Shown: one piece after another, positions 23,218 to 24,000 of the stretch
How the letters are laid out: each line of letters starts with the position of its first letter
How positions within the stretch are numbered: the stretch's first letter is position 1
Assembly: GCF_009017255.1 (NCBI RefSeq)
Contig: NZ_WBZB01000052.1
Span: 1 to 24,000 of the forward strand
Origin: Alkaliphilus serpentinus
GTDB lineage: Bacteria; Bacillota; Clostridia; Peptostreptococcales; Natronincolaceae
Direction of reading: 5' to 3'
Length of the DNA stretch: 24,000 bases
Notes under the pieces: model-generated
Seen by the model: only the letters and a program-made list of their open reading frames with translations
Told to the model about the DNA's origin: nothing
The model's database searches: none
Translations under genes and position numbers: made by a program

Positions 23218-24000
23218 CTAAAAAAACACTGGAACTACCAACATTTCTATATATCCATCCTTCATTTCTATTGAAGTAATTCGATTCTTACCCAGCAGGG
23301 GCTTGAGATTTATCTCTAGGTAGCCTTCCTTAAAGAGCTCTTCTAGGGAAGCATCCTCCAGCGGAAGCCCATAAAAGGCTCCTTCCTTTACCACATATCT
23401 TAAAATATTTCCATCTACTATTTGAAAGCTTCCTTGGAGAAGGAGTCTATGACTTGGTAGGCTCATTTCAATAGCACCAACATTAAAGCTAAACTCTAAT
23501 TCAGGAAGCTTAGCGTTATCCTCTATAAGATGATTAAAGGCATCCTCATTGATGGTTCCTTTAATTCTGGGAAATTGAAAGGTGGTTTCTAAAGCCTCTG
23601 GAGGTAGATTTCCCTCCTCAATCATGGTGGTAAACTCACCAGTCACCTGGATAAACAATGGTTTTAATTGATTCCACAATAGAGTAACATTCTCTAAATT
23701 TCTTTGGTAAACCTCTCTTTCATCCTCTAGGGCAGCTAAACGTTGATTTAACTCTTCCTTAAGAATATTCTTACTGATCAAAGTCTCCCTTAGGTCTTGT
23801 TGTTTTTCAAGGAGGAAATCTCCCATAGAATCTAACTTAAGCTTATCAGCTTGTATTTGAGCTTTGCTTTCTTCCATTTCTTCTAAGAGGTCTCCAGTAT
23901 TTTTGGTTAGATCCCTCAATGTATTTAATCTTCTTAAAAAATCCCCAAGAGATTGGGAATTCAAAAGGATTTCTAGGTAGGTACCCGGTCCCCGTCTTTG
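23218..24000 (-). CDS. Coiled-coil protein, 5'-partial (frame stays open to the window edge), upstream of ftsEX
   Basis: The track start at 23964 is a TTG. The frame continues without a stop to 24000 (...QRRGPGTYLEILLNSQSL...). A heptad-rich Glu/Leu/Lys N-terminal part is followed by a globular C-terminus of about 130 aa. The stop lies 16 nt before the ftsE ATG. Confidence 0.6.
   Translation of the reverse strand, partial: QRRGPGTYLEILLNSQSLGDFLRRLNTLRDLTKNTGDLLEEMEESKAQIQADKLKLDSMGDFLLEKQQDLRETLISKNILKEELNQRLAALEDEREVYQRNLENVTLLWNQLKPLFIQVTGEFTTMIEEGNLPPEALETTFQFPRIKGTINEDAFNHLIEDNAKLPELEFSFNVGAIEMSLPSHRLLLQGSFQIVDGNILRYVVKEGAFYGLPLEDASLEELFKEGYLEINLKPLLGKNRITSIEMKDGYIEMLVVPVFF

Noticed and set aside
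1-24000. Alternative genetic code (TGA = Trp or Gly) as the explanation for the in-frame TGAs
   Set aside because: TGA functions as a proper stop in this window, for example LigD-pol at 6089-6091 and ftsE at 22524-22526 with an ATGA overlap to ftsX. Global reassignment is therefore unlikely.

Overview
AT-rich chromosomal window that looks like a low-GC Firmicute (Clostridia), judged from gene content and strong GGAGG-type Shine-Dalgarno sites. That taxonomic call is an inference. I support about 24 protein genes and found no rRNA, tRNA, CRISPR array or recognisable IS/transposase. Left to right: azlDC-type branched-chain amino-acid exporter (-); a conserved hypothetical (-); an hgcB/hgcA mercury-methylation pair (-); ku plus a split ligD (ligase-only and polymerase-only genes) for NHEJ (+); a DUF4153-like polytopic membrane protein (-); a histidine kinase / NfeD / LytTR response-regulator trio (+); a DPS-like ferritin-fold protein (-); an AraC-HTH::degenerate-GGDEF fusion (+); two Gate-domain membrane proteins (-); a complete lactate-utilisation cluster of lactate permease, GntR/FadR regulator, EtfB, EtfA, FAD-dependent (GlcD-type) lactate dehydrogenase and LarA racemase (-); a soluble diacid-recognition::MCP-signalling fusion (+); and ftsX, ftsE and a 5'-truncated coiled-coil ORF (-). 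Main finding: both hgcA and hgcB are broken in the ORF track by one in-frame TGA each. Reading through them restores a Shine-Dalgarno-driven N-terminus for HgcA (with a Cys-TGA dyad) and the missing HgcB C-terminal tail. In HgcB the TGA sits where I recall characterised HgcB carrying an essential Cys. Each TGA is followed by a small hairpin with G/U in the apical loop, and TGA is a normal stop elsewhere in the window. I interpret this as a selenocysteine-containing HgcAB system, which I do not know to have been described. Secondary observations: heptamer and 14-mer tandem repeat arrays in two intergenic regions, the NfeD gene inside a two-component operon, the AraC::GGDEF-like fusion, an LldR/PdhR-type TGGTnnnACCA operator upstream of the lactate permease, and several intrinsic terminators.
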